Part shown: positions 46,923 to 56,367 of the stretch, piece by piece | Layout of the letters: each line of letters begins with the position of its first letter | Position numbering within the stretch: the stretch's first letter is position 1 | Virus record (IMG/VR): IMGVR_UViG_3300046012_000505 | Coordinates: 1-64,000 of that record | DNA: 64,000 nt | Reading direction: 5' to 3' (one strand) | From: a virus | Made by a program: the position numbers and the translations under genes | The notes under the pieces: model-generated | Database searches by the model: none | Told to the model about the DNA's origin: nothing | The model's input: the letters and a program-made list of their open reading frames with translations, nothing else

Positions 46923-47243
46923 TCATCGAGCGGCGGGCGTGGTCGGCACGCCGAGTTGCGCCAAGACGGCGGAACTGTGGCCATGCTCGCGGGCGTGACG
47001 CATGAGGGCTATCATGAAGCCGTCGACATTGACGGCGCCACCTTCGCACCAGCATCGCCCGAGCGTGTCGGCGAGCCGAAGCATGAAGGGGACATTTTCC
47101 GGAAGCGTCACCGTTCGACCGACTGACCCCGCATCGTCATAGCCGACCATCGCGAGGAACCCGATCCCGCGCTCCTCGCACTTCCGCGCCAGATCACTCA
47201 GCGCCGGAGCGATTTCCTCGTCATAGAATTTTTCGTCGTTCAC
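46923..47243 (-). CDS. Hypothetical protein
   Basis: EKFYDEEIAP.L..L...C; SD GGAGG. Confidence 0.55.
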   Translation of the reverse strand: MNDEKFYDEEIAPALSDLARKCEERGIGFLAMVGYDDAGSVGRTVTLPENVPFMLRLADTLGRCWCEGGAVNVDGFMIALMRHAREHGHSSAVLAQLGVPTTPAAR

Positions 47244-47911
47244 GGGCAGTCCTCCCTCCATCGGCGTCACCCCCGCACCCCCGCAGCAGGTGACGACGTC
47301 GTTCGAACCGCCTTCGCCAGCGTGGCTTCCGCCGAGCTCAATCGCGACACCGCAGCGGGCACCGCAGCCGTGTCCTTCCACGCATCGGCCTGACACAGCG
47401 CCAGGCGCGCGGCGGCCCACTCAATCGCCGCGGTCTCTACCTCGCTACTCGCCATCCCGCCCTCCATGCTCGCCAGCGCGCGCCTCAATCCGCCGCAGCC
47501 GCTCCAACTCCGCCGACCGACGCTTCCGCCGAGCCCGCTCGTTACACGCCCGCCCGCAATACGCGTGCGACGCCCGCAACTTCGAGATCGGCTTCCCACA
47601 CGTCGCGCAGGTCCGCAACCCCGTCACCGGCACATCAGCCAAGCCGCCCGTCATCTCGCAAAACTCCACAATCCGTGGATGATATACGCGTGTATGAAGA
47701 TCATGGGAAGGAAAAAATTATTACGGGCGAGGGGAGAACGTGAGAAAAGCCGGTGGGTTTTTCTGGCAGCGGTCCCCACCCCACCCCTCGAACACTCTGA
47801 CGCGCGCTCGCCGATCCGCCTGGCAGGGTCGGCGCCGGCCGGGCAACCCGCCGACCGACGGCGCACCCAGGTCAGCGCGCCGTCGTCGTGGTTGGGCCGC
47901 CAGCGAGCGGA

Positions 47912-48547
47912 TCAGCGCCCACCGCGCCCGATCGATGGCGTCTGTGACGCTGTTCGTGGCGGCCGAGCCGTGTCACTGCCCACGAGCGAGGCGTCAGCGG
48001 CCTGCCTCAGCAACCGATAGAGCGTCGAGCGGTCTATACCGAACGTCGCGGCGACGCGTGAAGCCGATTCCTTCGGGTTGCTCATCAGCAGCCGCGCCTG
48101 CTCGATCTGGTGCGGGGCAAGCTTCGGCCGCCGGCCGCCGACCTTCCCGCGTGCTCGAGCGGCGACAAGCCCGGCATTGGTCCGCTCCCGGATCAGGTCG
48201 CGCTCCATCTCGGCGAGCGCGGCCATCATGTGGAAGAACATCCGACCCGCCGGCGTCGACGTGTCGATCGTGTCGGTGATCGAGCGGAAGGCGACGCCGC
48301 GATCGGCCAAGGTGCGAACGAGGTCGACCAGCTGGTGCACGGTGCGGCCGAGCCGGTCGAGCTTCCAGACCATGAACGCGTCGCCATCGCGCAGATCGGC
48401 GATCGCCTTGGCGAGCTCCGGGCGGTCCAGGCGGGATCCGCTGGCCGTCTCGGTGTAGACGCGCTCGCAGCCGGCCCGCTGCAGGGCGTCGAGTTGGAGG
48501 TCGAGGAGCTGGTCATCGGTCGAGACGCGAGCGTAGCCTATCAGCAT
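47912..48547 (-). CDS. Small serine recombinase (resolvase/invertase)
   Basis: MLIGYARVSTDDQ, VWKLDRLGR, ERDLIRERTNAGL, C-terminal HTH. Confidence 0.95.
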   Translation of the reverse strand: MLIGYARVSTDDQLLDLQLDALQRAGCERVYTETASGSRLDRPELAKAIADLRDGDAFMVWKLDRLGRTVHQLVDLVRTLADRGVAFRSITDTIDTSTPAGRMFFHMMAALAEMERDLIRERTNAGLVAARARGKVGGRRPKLAPHQIEQARLLMSNPKESASRVAATFGIDRSTLYRLLRQAADASLVGSDTARPPRTASQTPSIGRGGR

Positions 48548-48568
48548 GGCGGCGGTTCCCCTGAAAGT

Positions 48569-48701
48569 GTTGCACAAACGACAATAACTCTACCATCGCC
48601 ACTTTGATTATGCAACAGCATCAATGAGACTGAGGGGTGGCGCGGTCGCGTCGTCCGATCAACCTTCGCGCGACCGTCGCACAACCCACCGTTTGTGCAA
48701 C
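48569..48701. promoter_or_regulatory. Putative res site
   Basis: Inverted 12-mers GTTGCACAAACG (48569) / CGTTTGTGCAAC (48690) with related half-sites between. Confidence 0.55.
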
Positions 48702-48974
48702 GCACTGGACCATCTACCAATCCGGTCATATGACCGCCGAGGCGTCCGGCGGCTGGTCGGCCGGCCAGTCGGGCACCGCGCCGCCGTGGTCGATGATGTT
48801 CGCTTCGAGGGCGCCGAGCGCCAAGGTCGCCGACCAACTGCCGACCGGCCACCAACCTCGCCCGCCTCACGGCGCTGACCCTAGCTCGCCCTAGCATCAG
48901 CCTTTCGATCAGCCTATCCACCGTCGCCGCCATCGTTCCCTCCATTGTTGAGTCAACCTCTCAACCACACCTAT

Positions 48975-49345
48975 CGCGGGACGTGACACGCTCCAAAATC
49001 CCGTGGCCCCCTTGTGTCACACCCCGTCACCCCCTCTCTGTCTCTCTTACCACTTTGAAAAGAAAGAAAGAAAGAAAGGGGGGCCACGGATTTCGCACAT
49101 CTCCACCCATATACACACGCGCACATCACGCGCGCACCTGAAGGGGTGTCTCCCGAGCGTGTCACCTGTGGCCCCCCCCTAAAAGATTGCTATAAATCAA
49201 ACACATGACAGAGACAGAGGGAGGGCAACAGCCTGTGACACAGGGGGGCGACAAGGCTCGATCTGGGGCGTGTCACGTAGACTGGGGCGATAGTCGAACG
49301 GTCGGCGTGCACGTTAATCGTGTGTGATGTAGGTGACACGCTGGA
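48975..49345. repeat. Putative replication origin with GTGACAC/GTGTCAC iterons
   Basis: Six or more copies in both orientations, pyrimidine/purine tracts, noncoding, directly downstream of the replication NTPase. Confidence 0.55.
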
Positions 49346-49348
49346 GGG

Positions 49349-51133
49349 CTATTCGGTCGGATCGATGGCTTTGAAGGGGACGGCGACGGCACGGAAGGAC
49401 GACCCGTGGCCGAATTTCATCGAGGATTTGGACTTGATCGCACCCGGAGCGCGGGCGAGCGGCACGGCCCATTGGACGGCCCAGGAGGTGTCGCGGAGGA
49501 CGCGCTCGAGGGCAGAGTGCGAGTTTGCGAACCACACGTAGTAGCCGTCTCCAGCGCCCGGGTAGGGTGCCTCGGCGGACGGCGTGGAGCCAAGCGGGTT
49601 GAGCCGCTCGACGCGTATCCCGTAACGCCGCAGATAGACCAAGGCGTTGTCCGGCGGGATCACCTCATCCTGATACTCCTTGGCCACGCTGGCTATGAGA
49701 TCGCCAATCGTGCGCTCGTAGATCGAGCCGTTGCCGAGACGCAAAATGACGACCTGCTGGCAGATGAACGAGAGCAGCTTGGCGTGGTCCGGCGTCGAAT
49801 TCGCCTCGATCGCAGCCTCGTTGATCCAGCCGAGCTTGATGATCGACTCGCGGGCCTGATCGATCGTCAGGGTCTTGGAGTGGTGCAGCGCCGCGGCGCC
49901 AGCGAGCAGCACCCCTAATTGGTCGCCATTGCGGCGGCTTGGCATGATCTCCGCAGCTGCCTTCGCATAGGTCTCGGCGTTGGCGCGGATCGCCGGCAGG
50001 AGGGCCAACGAGCGGCTTAGGAGACGGGTCGAGAAGTCCTTTGTCAGCGTCTTGGCCGTCATCGCGCTGATCGTCTCGAAATGTTCGGCGATCGCACGCT
50101 TCATATCGCTGGTATTGCCTTCCGGACCCAGCAACTGGATCACCGTGAAGCGCGACTCGTCGGCCTGTTCGGTCAGCATGGGCTGGACCGACGAGAAGCA
50201 CATGGACGACCGCACGCGGTATTGCTGCCCCTTACCGGCATCGCCGCCCTTGACGATCGGCGCACCGCCTTCGGTCGACGCGGCCCGGGCGAATTCGATG
50301 ATGGTCTGGAGGCGCTCACGATCGCGCGGGTTTTTGGTGTCCGCCTCGTCGAAGATGACCGGGCGCGCATCGGATTTGAGCGCCTGGCGCAAGCCGGGCT
50401 CCGTCGTTCGAGACTGCACGGAGAGGGCGATGCCGGACAGAGACGCCTCTACGATGTGCTCCTGCACCCAGGACTTGCCGGAGCCGGGCGGCGCGCATAT
50501 CCAGATGTGAGGGCGCCATGCCAGCGCACCGCAAAGAGGCGCCACGACGCACCAGCCGGCCAGGATGGTAGCCATCCAGGGCCGCTCCCATCGCAGCAGC
50601 TCGCACAACTCGAAGAACCGCCGCGCCTCGTCATTGTCGAGCCGAGGACCTGGGTTGATGCCGAACGATGTGGCTTCCTCGTAGATATTGGTGGTGTCAA
50701 ACGACGCGACGGGCTGCCGCTCGCCGTCGACGATGAGATGGTCGCCCAGGTGCAGGACGACGCGCTTGCGGTCCCACCACGCGCCACGGCCGCGCAGCCG
50801 GTCGATGTTGAACACGCCGGCGCGCAGGCACGCCTGGATGAGCGCGTTGATGGCTGCAGGACGGTCGTAACCACCCTTCTTCGGGTATTCCCGTTCCCAG
50901 TAATGCAGCGGCGCCAGCCCGAGCAGCGTGCCGTCATTGCTCAACGCCCGGCCGTTCGCCTCAGTGATTTGGCCGGATCTGCGCGCGAGGAAGTAATAGA
51001 CGCCGTGATTGTGCCCTAGCGCCCGGAATTCCGTCTCATCGAGCGAGACCTCAGCCGACTCGCCGCCGGGCTTGGCCCGCTTGGCGGCTTTGCGCGCATC
51101 GGCGAGCGGAACGACTCTCTCGTCGTCTGGCAC
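49349..51133 (-). CDS. Replication NTPase / primase-associated helicase
   Basis: Walker A APPGSGKS, Walker B VIFDEA. Confidence 0.75.
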   Translation of the reverse strand: MPDDERVVPLADARKAAKRAKPGGESAEVSLDETEFRALGHNHGVYYFLARRSGQITEANGRALSNDGTLLGLAPLHYWEREYPKKGGYDRPAAINALIQACLRAGVFNIDRLRGRGAWWDRKRVVLHLGDHLIVDGERQPVASFDTTNIYEEATSFGINPGPRLDNDEARRFFELCELLRWERPWMATILAGWCVVAPLCGALAWRPHIWICAPPGSGKSWVQEHIVEASLSGIALSVQSRTTEPGLRQALKSDARPVIFDEADTKNPRDRERLQTIIEFARAASTEGGAPIVKGGDAGKGQQYRVRSSMCFSSVQPMLTEQADESRFTVIQLLGPEGNTSDMKRAIAEHFETISAMTAKTLTKDFSTRLLSRSLALLPAIRANAETYAKAAAEIMPSRRNGDQLGVLLAGAAALHHSKTLTIDQARESIIKLGWINEAAIEANSTPDHAKLLSFICQQVVILRLGNGSIYERTIGDLIASVAKEYQDEVIPPDNALVYLRRYGIRVERLNPLGSTPSAEAPYPGAGDGYYVWFANSHSALERVLRDTSWAVQWAVPLARAPGAIKSKSSMKFGHGSSFRAVAVPFKAIDPTE

Positions 51134-51278
51134 GGATCAGACCGACACGCGGAGCGGCATGAAATCCCCCATAAACCGCCGAGCATCGGCGGGGTTGGAC
51201 CGGGCGCGCAGGCTGTGGGGGACAGCCCACGCACCCAGTCCTCACGTTGATTGCAGGTCAACGCGGCGCCACAGAATA

Positions 51279-51420
51279 CTCACAAAATGTGGATTGGTGG
51301 TAGCCCGAAATAGCGGGGAACACGGCTTGATTGTGGCTATCTACGCTGATCGCTGACTGAGATATTCACATTTTGTGAACTTTAGCGGTTGACAATGCGT
51401 GGAGTCGGTAGCAGAAATGA
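51279..51420. promoter_or_regulatory. Divergent control region with three palindromic operators and a rightward TTGACA
   Basis: CTCACA-AAA-TGTGGA, TTCACA-TTT-TGTGAA, TTGACA-ATG-CGTGGA. Confidence 0.65.
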
Positions 51421-51459
51421 GGGACCGGAAGCTGGTTCCGGTCGCACGGAGAAAACGAC

Positions 51460-51747
51460 ATGACTCACGCCTTCATAATCACCAGGGATTGCCTCGAAAA
51501 ACGCGACATCACCGTCATCGGACCGCGCAACGCGAACGACGGTCTGGTTGCCCAACTGAAGGACGGCGGCGGTCGCGCCTTCCGCATGCTCGATGACGAC
51601 GGCGAGGTCTACTACGAGGGCCGCATCCTCACGAGCGACGGCCCCGGCTCGCAAGACGACTTCGCCCCGCTCGATTGCTACGGCGAGCCGAATGCGGGCT
51701 GCACGTCCATCCAATATCGCCAAGGCGCCGTCTGGAAATCCCTCTGA
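51460..51747 (+). CDS. Early-region hypothetical protein
   Basis: SD GGAG; FRMLDDDGEVYYEG...FAPLD.YG.PNAGCT.I.Y. Confidence 0.7.
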   Translation: MTHAFIITRDCLEKRDITVIGPRNANDGLVAQLKDGGGRAFRMLDDDGEVYYEGRILTSDGPGSQDDFAPLDCYGEPNAGCTSIQYRQGAVWKSL

Positions 51748-51817
51748 CCCATCGCAGCGCGGCGGGTCCGTCCAGCCGCGTCACGATGCGCCAGAGCATC
51801 CGACCGAGAGGCACGCC

Positions 51818-52015
51818 ATGAGAGTCAAAATCTACGATATCGACAGCAACACGGGCGAGCAGACCCTGCGCGGCGAGGACGCTACCTTGGCCATGTTCGA
51901 CGACGACGACGACCGGCATTGGGTCGAGCACGAACTGCGGTCGCGCGGCCGCTCGTATGTCGGCGGCGGCGCTGCCCCGCTCGTCCTGCTGGTGCGCGCC
52001 GGAGACGCCCAGTGA
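51818..52015 (+). CDS. Early hypothetical protein
   Basis: SD GAGG; GGGAAP motif. Confidence 0.55.
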   Translation: MRVKIYDIDSNTGEQTLRGEDATLAMFDDDDDRHWVEHELRSRGRSYVGGGAAPLVLLVRAGDAQ

Positions 52016-52443
52016 CCCGCCGCGCCATCCGTCGCGGCCTCATCTACGCCGCCATCGTGATCGTGCCGTGGGCCGTCATAGGCGTGGGCTGCGCGATGCT
52101 GGCGGGCTGCGCTGGCGCGCCGCTGACAATCAGCGACGATCCGATGGCGCCGCCGCGTGCTGCCGTCTACCGGGCGATCGGTGAGCGCGACCCGTCGTTC
52201 GCGTTTCCTGCCTGTTACGATCTCGCGTTTGCCGCCTTCGATCGGATGCGCGCAGCGGGCGAGCATCCCATTCTCGTCGCCGCCCTCACCGAGACCGGCG
52301 AGGGTCATATGCTCGTCGAGGCTGACGGGCTGGCTTTTGACAACCGCTACTCGCGTCCGCAGCCGATCGACAGCCTACCCTACCGCTGGATCGAGGCGAG
52401 CGCCGACGGCGTGTCGTGGTTCAAGGCGGGAGTCGTGCAGTGA
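52012..52443 (+). CDS. Lipoprotein resembling transglutaminase-like cysteine proteases (BTLCP/LapG-like)
   Basis: LAGC lipobox; CYD...GEGHML...AFDNR candidate triad. Confidence 0.5.
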   Translation: MTRRAIRRGLIYAAIVIVPWAVIGVGCAMLAGCAGAPLTISDDPMAPPRAAVYRAIGERDPSFAFPACYDLAFAAFDRMRAAGEHPILVAALTETGEGHMLVEADGLAFDNRYSRPQPIDSLPYRWIEASADGVSWFKAGVVQ

Positions 52444-52564
52444 CCGCCGAGACCCGCGCGATCGTCCGAAACACCCTCGCCTACGTCGCGATCGTGGTTG
52501 GTTCCTGGAGCGCCGTGCTGGCGGTCATCGCGCTGCTTAGGGCGCTGATCGCCGGAGTCGTTCA

Positions 52565-55500
52565 GTGAAGACCGGACCGCGCCTGTTCTGCGGCATCTAC
52601 CCGTGCGGGCTGGTGTTCGCCGATCGCCACGTCGAGGTCGCGGGCGACTACAAGCGCCTCGCGTTCCTGCCCTACCGCACGCTGGTGGTGGAGTTCGAGA
52701 AGGACTGCCCTGCAGCGCTCCGCGCCGAGATCGCGGCCGACATCGCGCGGATGGCGCTGCGGGCCGGCGACGAATTCCAGATCAGCACCAGCGGCCAGAC
52801 GATCATCCTTGGAGGCGGGAAGTGATCGACAACGGCACCCCACCAGCGATCCAAGCCGCGATGGCGCGCCGGCCCAAACTCACCGTCACCGGACTGCCGG
52901 GCCGCAGCGACGACTTCACCGTCTACCCGCTCACGCTGGCCGACGCGGAGAAGATGGCCGAGCGGTACGCCGCGAAGCATCCCGGCTGCAGCGTCACGAT
53001 CACGTCAGCCGGAGCCGCACCATGACCGACTTCGCCATCGCGAACGAGCGTCCCGGCGACTGCGCGAAGTGCCACGGCACCGGGCGCTACCGTTGGGGCG
53101 GCCGCACGGTCAACGGGCAGTGGCGCGGCCACGAAGGCGACTGCCATTCGTGCCGGGGAACGGGCCGGCAGACCGAGCAGGATATCCGCCGGAACCGCGC
53201 CTACAACCGCCGGAAAATTTCCACGATTTCACTCTGACCAGCAGCAGGAGAAACGACCATGCCGAAAATCTACATCGTCCAAGCCGAACACCCCGCTGTG
53301 CCGGGCCGGCCGATCAGCGCCCACGCGACGATGGTGGGTGCACTGGCGCGCGCGCTGGAGCTTGTGAACATCATCCGCGAGGCTGTCGAGTTACCACAAA
53401 TCGCCAAGTTGGCAGATGAGGCGGCGCTTGATGCCGCGCTCGCCCAAGTGGCGACCGCTAGCGACTATGCGTTCGACCCCGAGGGTGATGAGGGCGATTT
53501 CGACGTCTGGATTACCTCGCTCGATTTGCAGGGCGACGCGGAAGCCGTCGCGGTGCCGCGCACGGTATTAGCCGATCTTCTCAAACTTGCGGCCACGGCG
53601 CCGGCCTATGCCACGAGTGGCCAGCAATGGGCCGTTCGGGCGGTATGGGACGCGCGTGGGCTTGAGGGCGCCACGGCCGCGCCAGAGGCGTCCGCTCCGG
53701 CGACGCGACATTTCGCGCATACCGAGGAATCCTGCCCGTCGAAGCACTGGAACGACGGCGACGACGTTTGCGCCGACTGCGGCGCCGACTTGCAGGGAGC
53801 CTGACCCTCTCGCCAGCGCGCTCGCCCACCACCGGGCGCGCTGGAATGAAGGCCAGACGACCAGCAGAGGGAGAAGCAGATGAAATCGTTCGCCGACGTG
53901 AAACGCCGCCTGCAGATCGGCACCGTGCTCGAGTGCGTCGAGAACACCTATCGACCGGAACTGAACGGCACGCGCCGCATCGTCACGAAGGTGCAGGGCA
54001 ACGCGATCCGCTGGCGCAACACAGACGAAGCGCCCGACGCGCGCCCGAGCTGGACGCCGTTTCCGCCCGCCAGCAACACCGCGATCGTCGACGCCGACAC
54101 TTTCCAACTCTCACTCAAGCGCGATGGCCACTACGTGCGCCTGCGCTTCATCGACGCCGCCTAACCAGCAACCCCGAGAACGGAGAGACAGATGAGCAAA
54201 TTCCACGTCCACCTATACGCGACCGTTCGCGTCAAGATGTGCGACGTCGAAGCCGCCGACCAAGGCGCGGCCGTGCGCGAGGCTGTGCGCCTGTTCGATG
54301 GCGATGCGACCTTCAGCCGGTTCAACGAGAACGTCGCCTATGCCGACGAGATTACCGCCGCGCTAGTCGACACCGTCGGGGACGAACAATTCTCCGAGAG
54401 CCGCACCTACACGCCCGATGGCGAGCCGGACAGTGGAGCGGCACGTAGGATCGACGCCGCCACGGTCGCGGAGGCAATCACCGTCCTGCGCCGCCTGCAC
54501 GCCACCCTTGAGGGAGAGTGGGCCGACCCCGCCGCCTACGGCATGCCGATCGAGAACCCCGACCACAACCACCACGACGACATGATGGCGCTGCGTGGCG
54601 TCATAGCCAAGCTCCCCTCGCCCTGATCGCAGCTAGAGCGCCGGCACCACGCGCCGACGCTCACTGCTGCAATCGGCAGCGTCATCAACCGGAGACCTAC
54701 CATGTCGAACGTGAAACTGAAGAACGAACTCACCCGCCAGATCAACAGCGCAATCGCCAGCGGCGTATTCGCCCGGCTGTGCGGCGGGCTGCCCGGCCTC
54801 GAGGTCTCCACCGCGCTGAAGGACGGCGCCATCGGCATCGACATCGAGCGGTCGCCGGTCGACCTCGTGAGCCATGACGTACTCGAGCCGAGCGATCACG
54901 GCTACGTCTACAAGATCACCTTTGCCGACGACAGCACGCCCGAGGGCGCCGCGATCAAGGCGGCACTCCGCGAAATCGCCGAGCGGGTCATCCAGCGGCA
55001 CGCGCGCTACCGGATCCACGTCACCGGCCGCTGCATGGGGCAGCAAGTCGACAGGATGCGCGCAGGCCAGTCCGTCGAGACGGTCACGGTCCCGCCAGCC
55101 GCGATCGTCGCGGCGCCGGCAGCCGACCTGTTCGCCGCGCTCTGACGCACTGCGAGCGGCAGGGGTCGCACCCGGCCGCTCCGATGTGCACCAGACCAGA
55201 AGAAGGGGAGACACGATGACCAAGCACACCGCCGAGCCGTGGACGGCAACCGATATCGGCACGCTTCACGGCAAGGATAGCCAATTCATAGCCGAGCTAG
55301 GTGGCATGCGGGCCGAGGCGGATCTGCGCCGCATCGCCGCTTGCGTCAACGCCTGCGCCGGCATTTCCACGCAACAACTGGAAGCGTTCGCCTTCGTCAT
55401 GAGGCCCGGGAGTGACAGACCGTTCGATCGCCTGGCGACAAAAGAGGCGTGGCGCAAACTGCGCGTCGCCCAGGCCACCCCATGACCCGCAAACCCGTCA

Positions 55501-56176
55501 TCTACAACGGCCGGCCGATCGGCGAGGCGTCGACTTGGCGCGAGGTCGACGAGCTTATCGCCGAGCAGGGCCGCCCGATGTCCGGCGGCGATCGAGTGTC
55601 CGAGGGACCGGACGGATTTCACATCGAGACGAGGAGGAAATAGCCATGTCAGACCGTAGCAGCGCCAGCATCGACATCGGCGGGAAACTTGCCGCCGACA
55701 AGATCGACGAACTCGCCGACGCCATCGAGAGCGAGGGAGTCGGACTCGATTGGGGCGAGTATCTCGACGCCGCCGGCGCGCGTGCCGCAATCGTCGACGC
55801 GTTCACCAGCAAGGGACCGCTGCGCCTCATGGCGAACGAGGTACGCGGCGGCGCGTTCGAGTCGCTGGAATCCATCTGCCGCGAACTCGGCCTCACCTAC
55901 TGCCGAGGCGACGACGGGCGCTACACATGGACGGCCAGCCTCGTCTACTGGGAGCCGGGATTTGCCGAGCCGCAGGAATGGAACGGCACCGTCGACAACC
56001 ACACCCCGCAACTCGACGCCTGGAAAATCCGCAAACTACTCGGCCCGCAGTGCGACAACATCGCTGCCCTGCGCGCCGAACTCGACCTGATGGACAAAGC
56101 CGAGAAGTTCGCCATCCCGCTCGTGATTGAGGGCGATATCGTTGAGCCGGCCGACGACGAGGCGACGGCGCAATGA
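52565..56176 (+). other. Cluster of small early genes: 52565-52825, 52822-53025, 53022-53237, 53259-53804, 53880-54164, 54192-54626, 54702-55145, 55216-55485, 55482-55643, 55646-56176
   Basis: Co-oriented short ORFs with GGAG SD or ATGA coupling; no family recognised. Confidence 0.65.
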
Positions 56177-56367
56177 CCGGCGCCGACATGTGCGCGTGGA
56201 GAACCCGTCTCGCGCTGCGCCAGGAGGACGCCGCGTCGCTCATCGGCTGCTCCAGCCGCCGGCTACGCAGCTACGAGCACGACGACGCGATTATCCCGAG
56301 GAAGATCGAACTCGCGTGTGAGGCGATCGAGGCACGTTTAACGAGGGGGAATGAAAATGCAGCGTGA
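56173..56367 (+). CDS. Small HTH (Cro-like) protein
   Basis: AWRTRLALRQEDAASLIGCS.R....YE....IPRKIELAC. Confidence 0.7.
   Translation: MTGADMCAWRTRLALRQEDAASLIGCSSRRLRSYEHDDAIIPRKIELACEAIEARLTRGNENAA

Noticed and set aside
47912-48547. Serine recombinase as phage integrase or tail-fiber invertase
   Set aside because: Too short for a large serine integrase; no inverted repeats or alternative fiber cassette seen near the tail genes.
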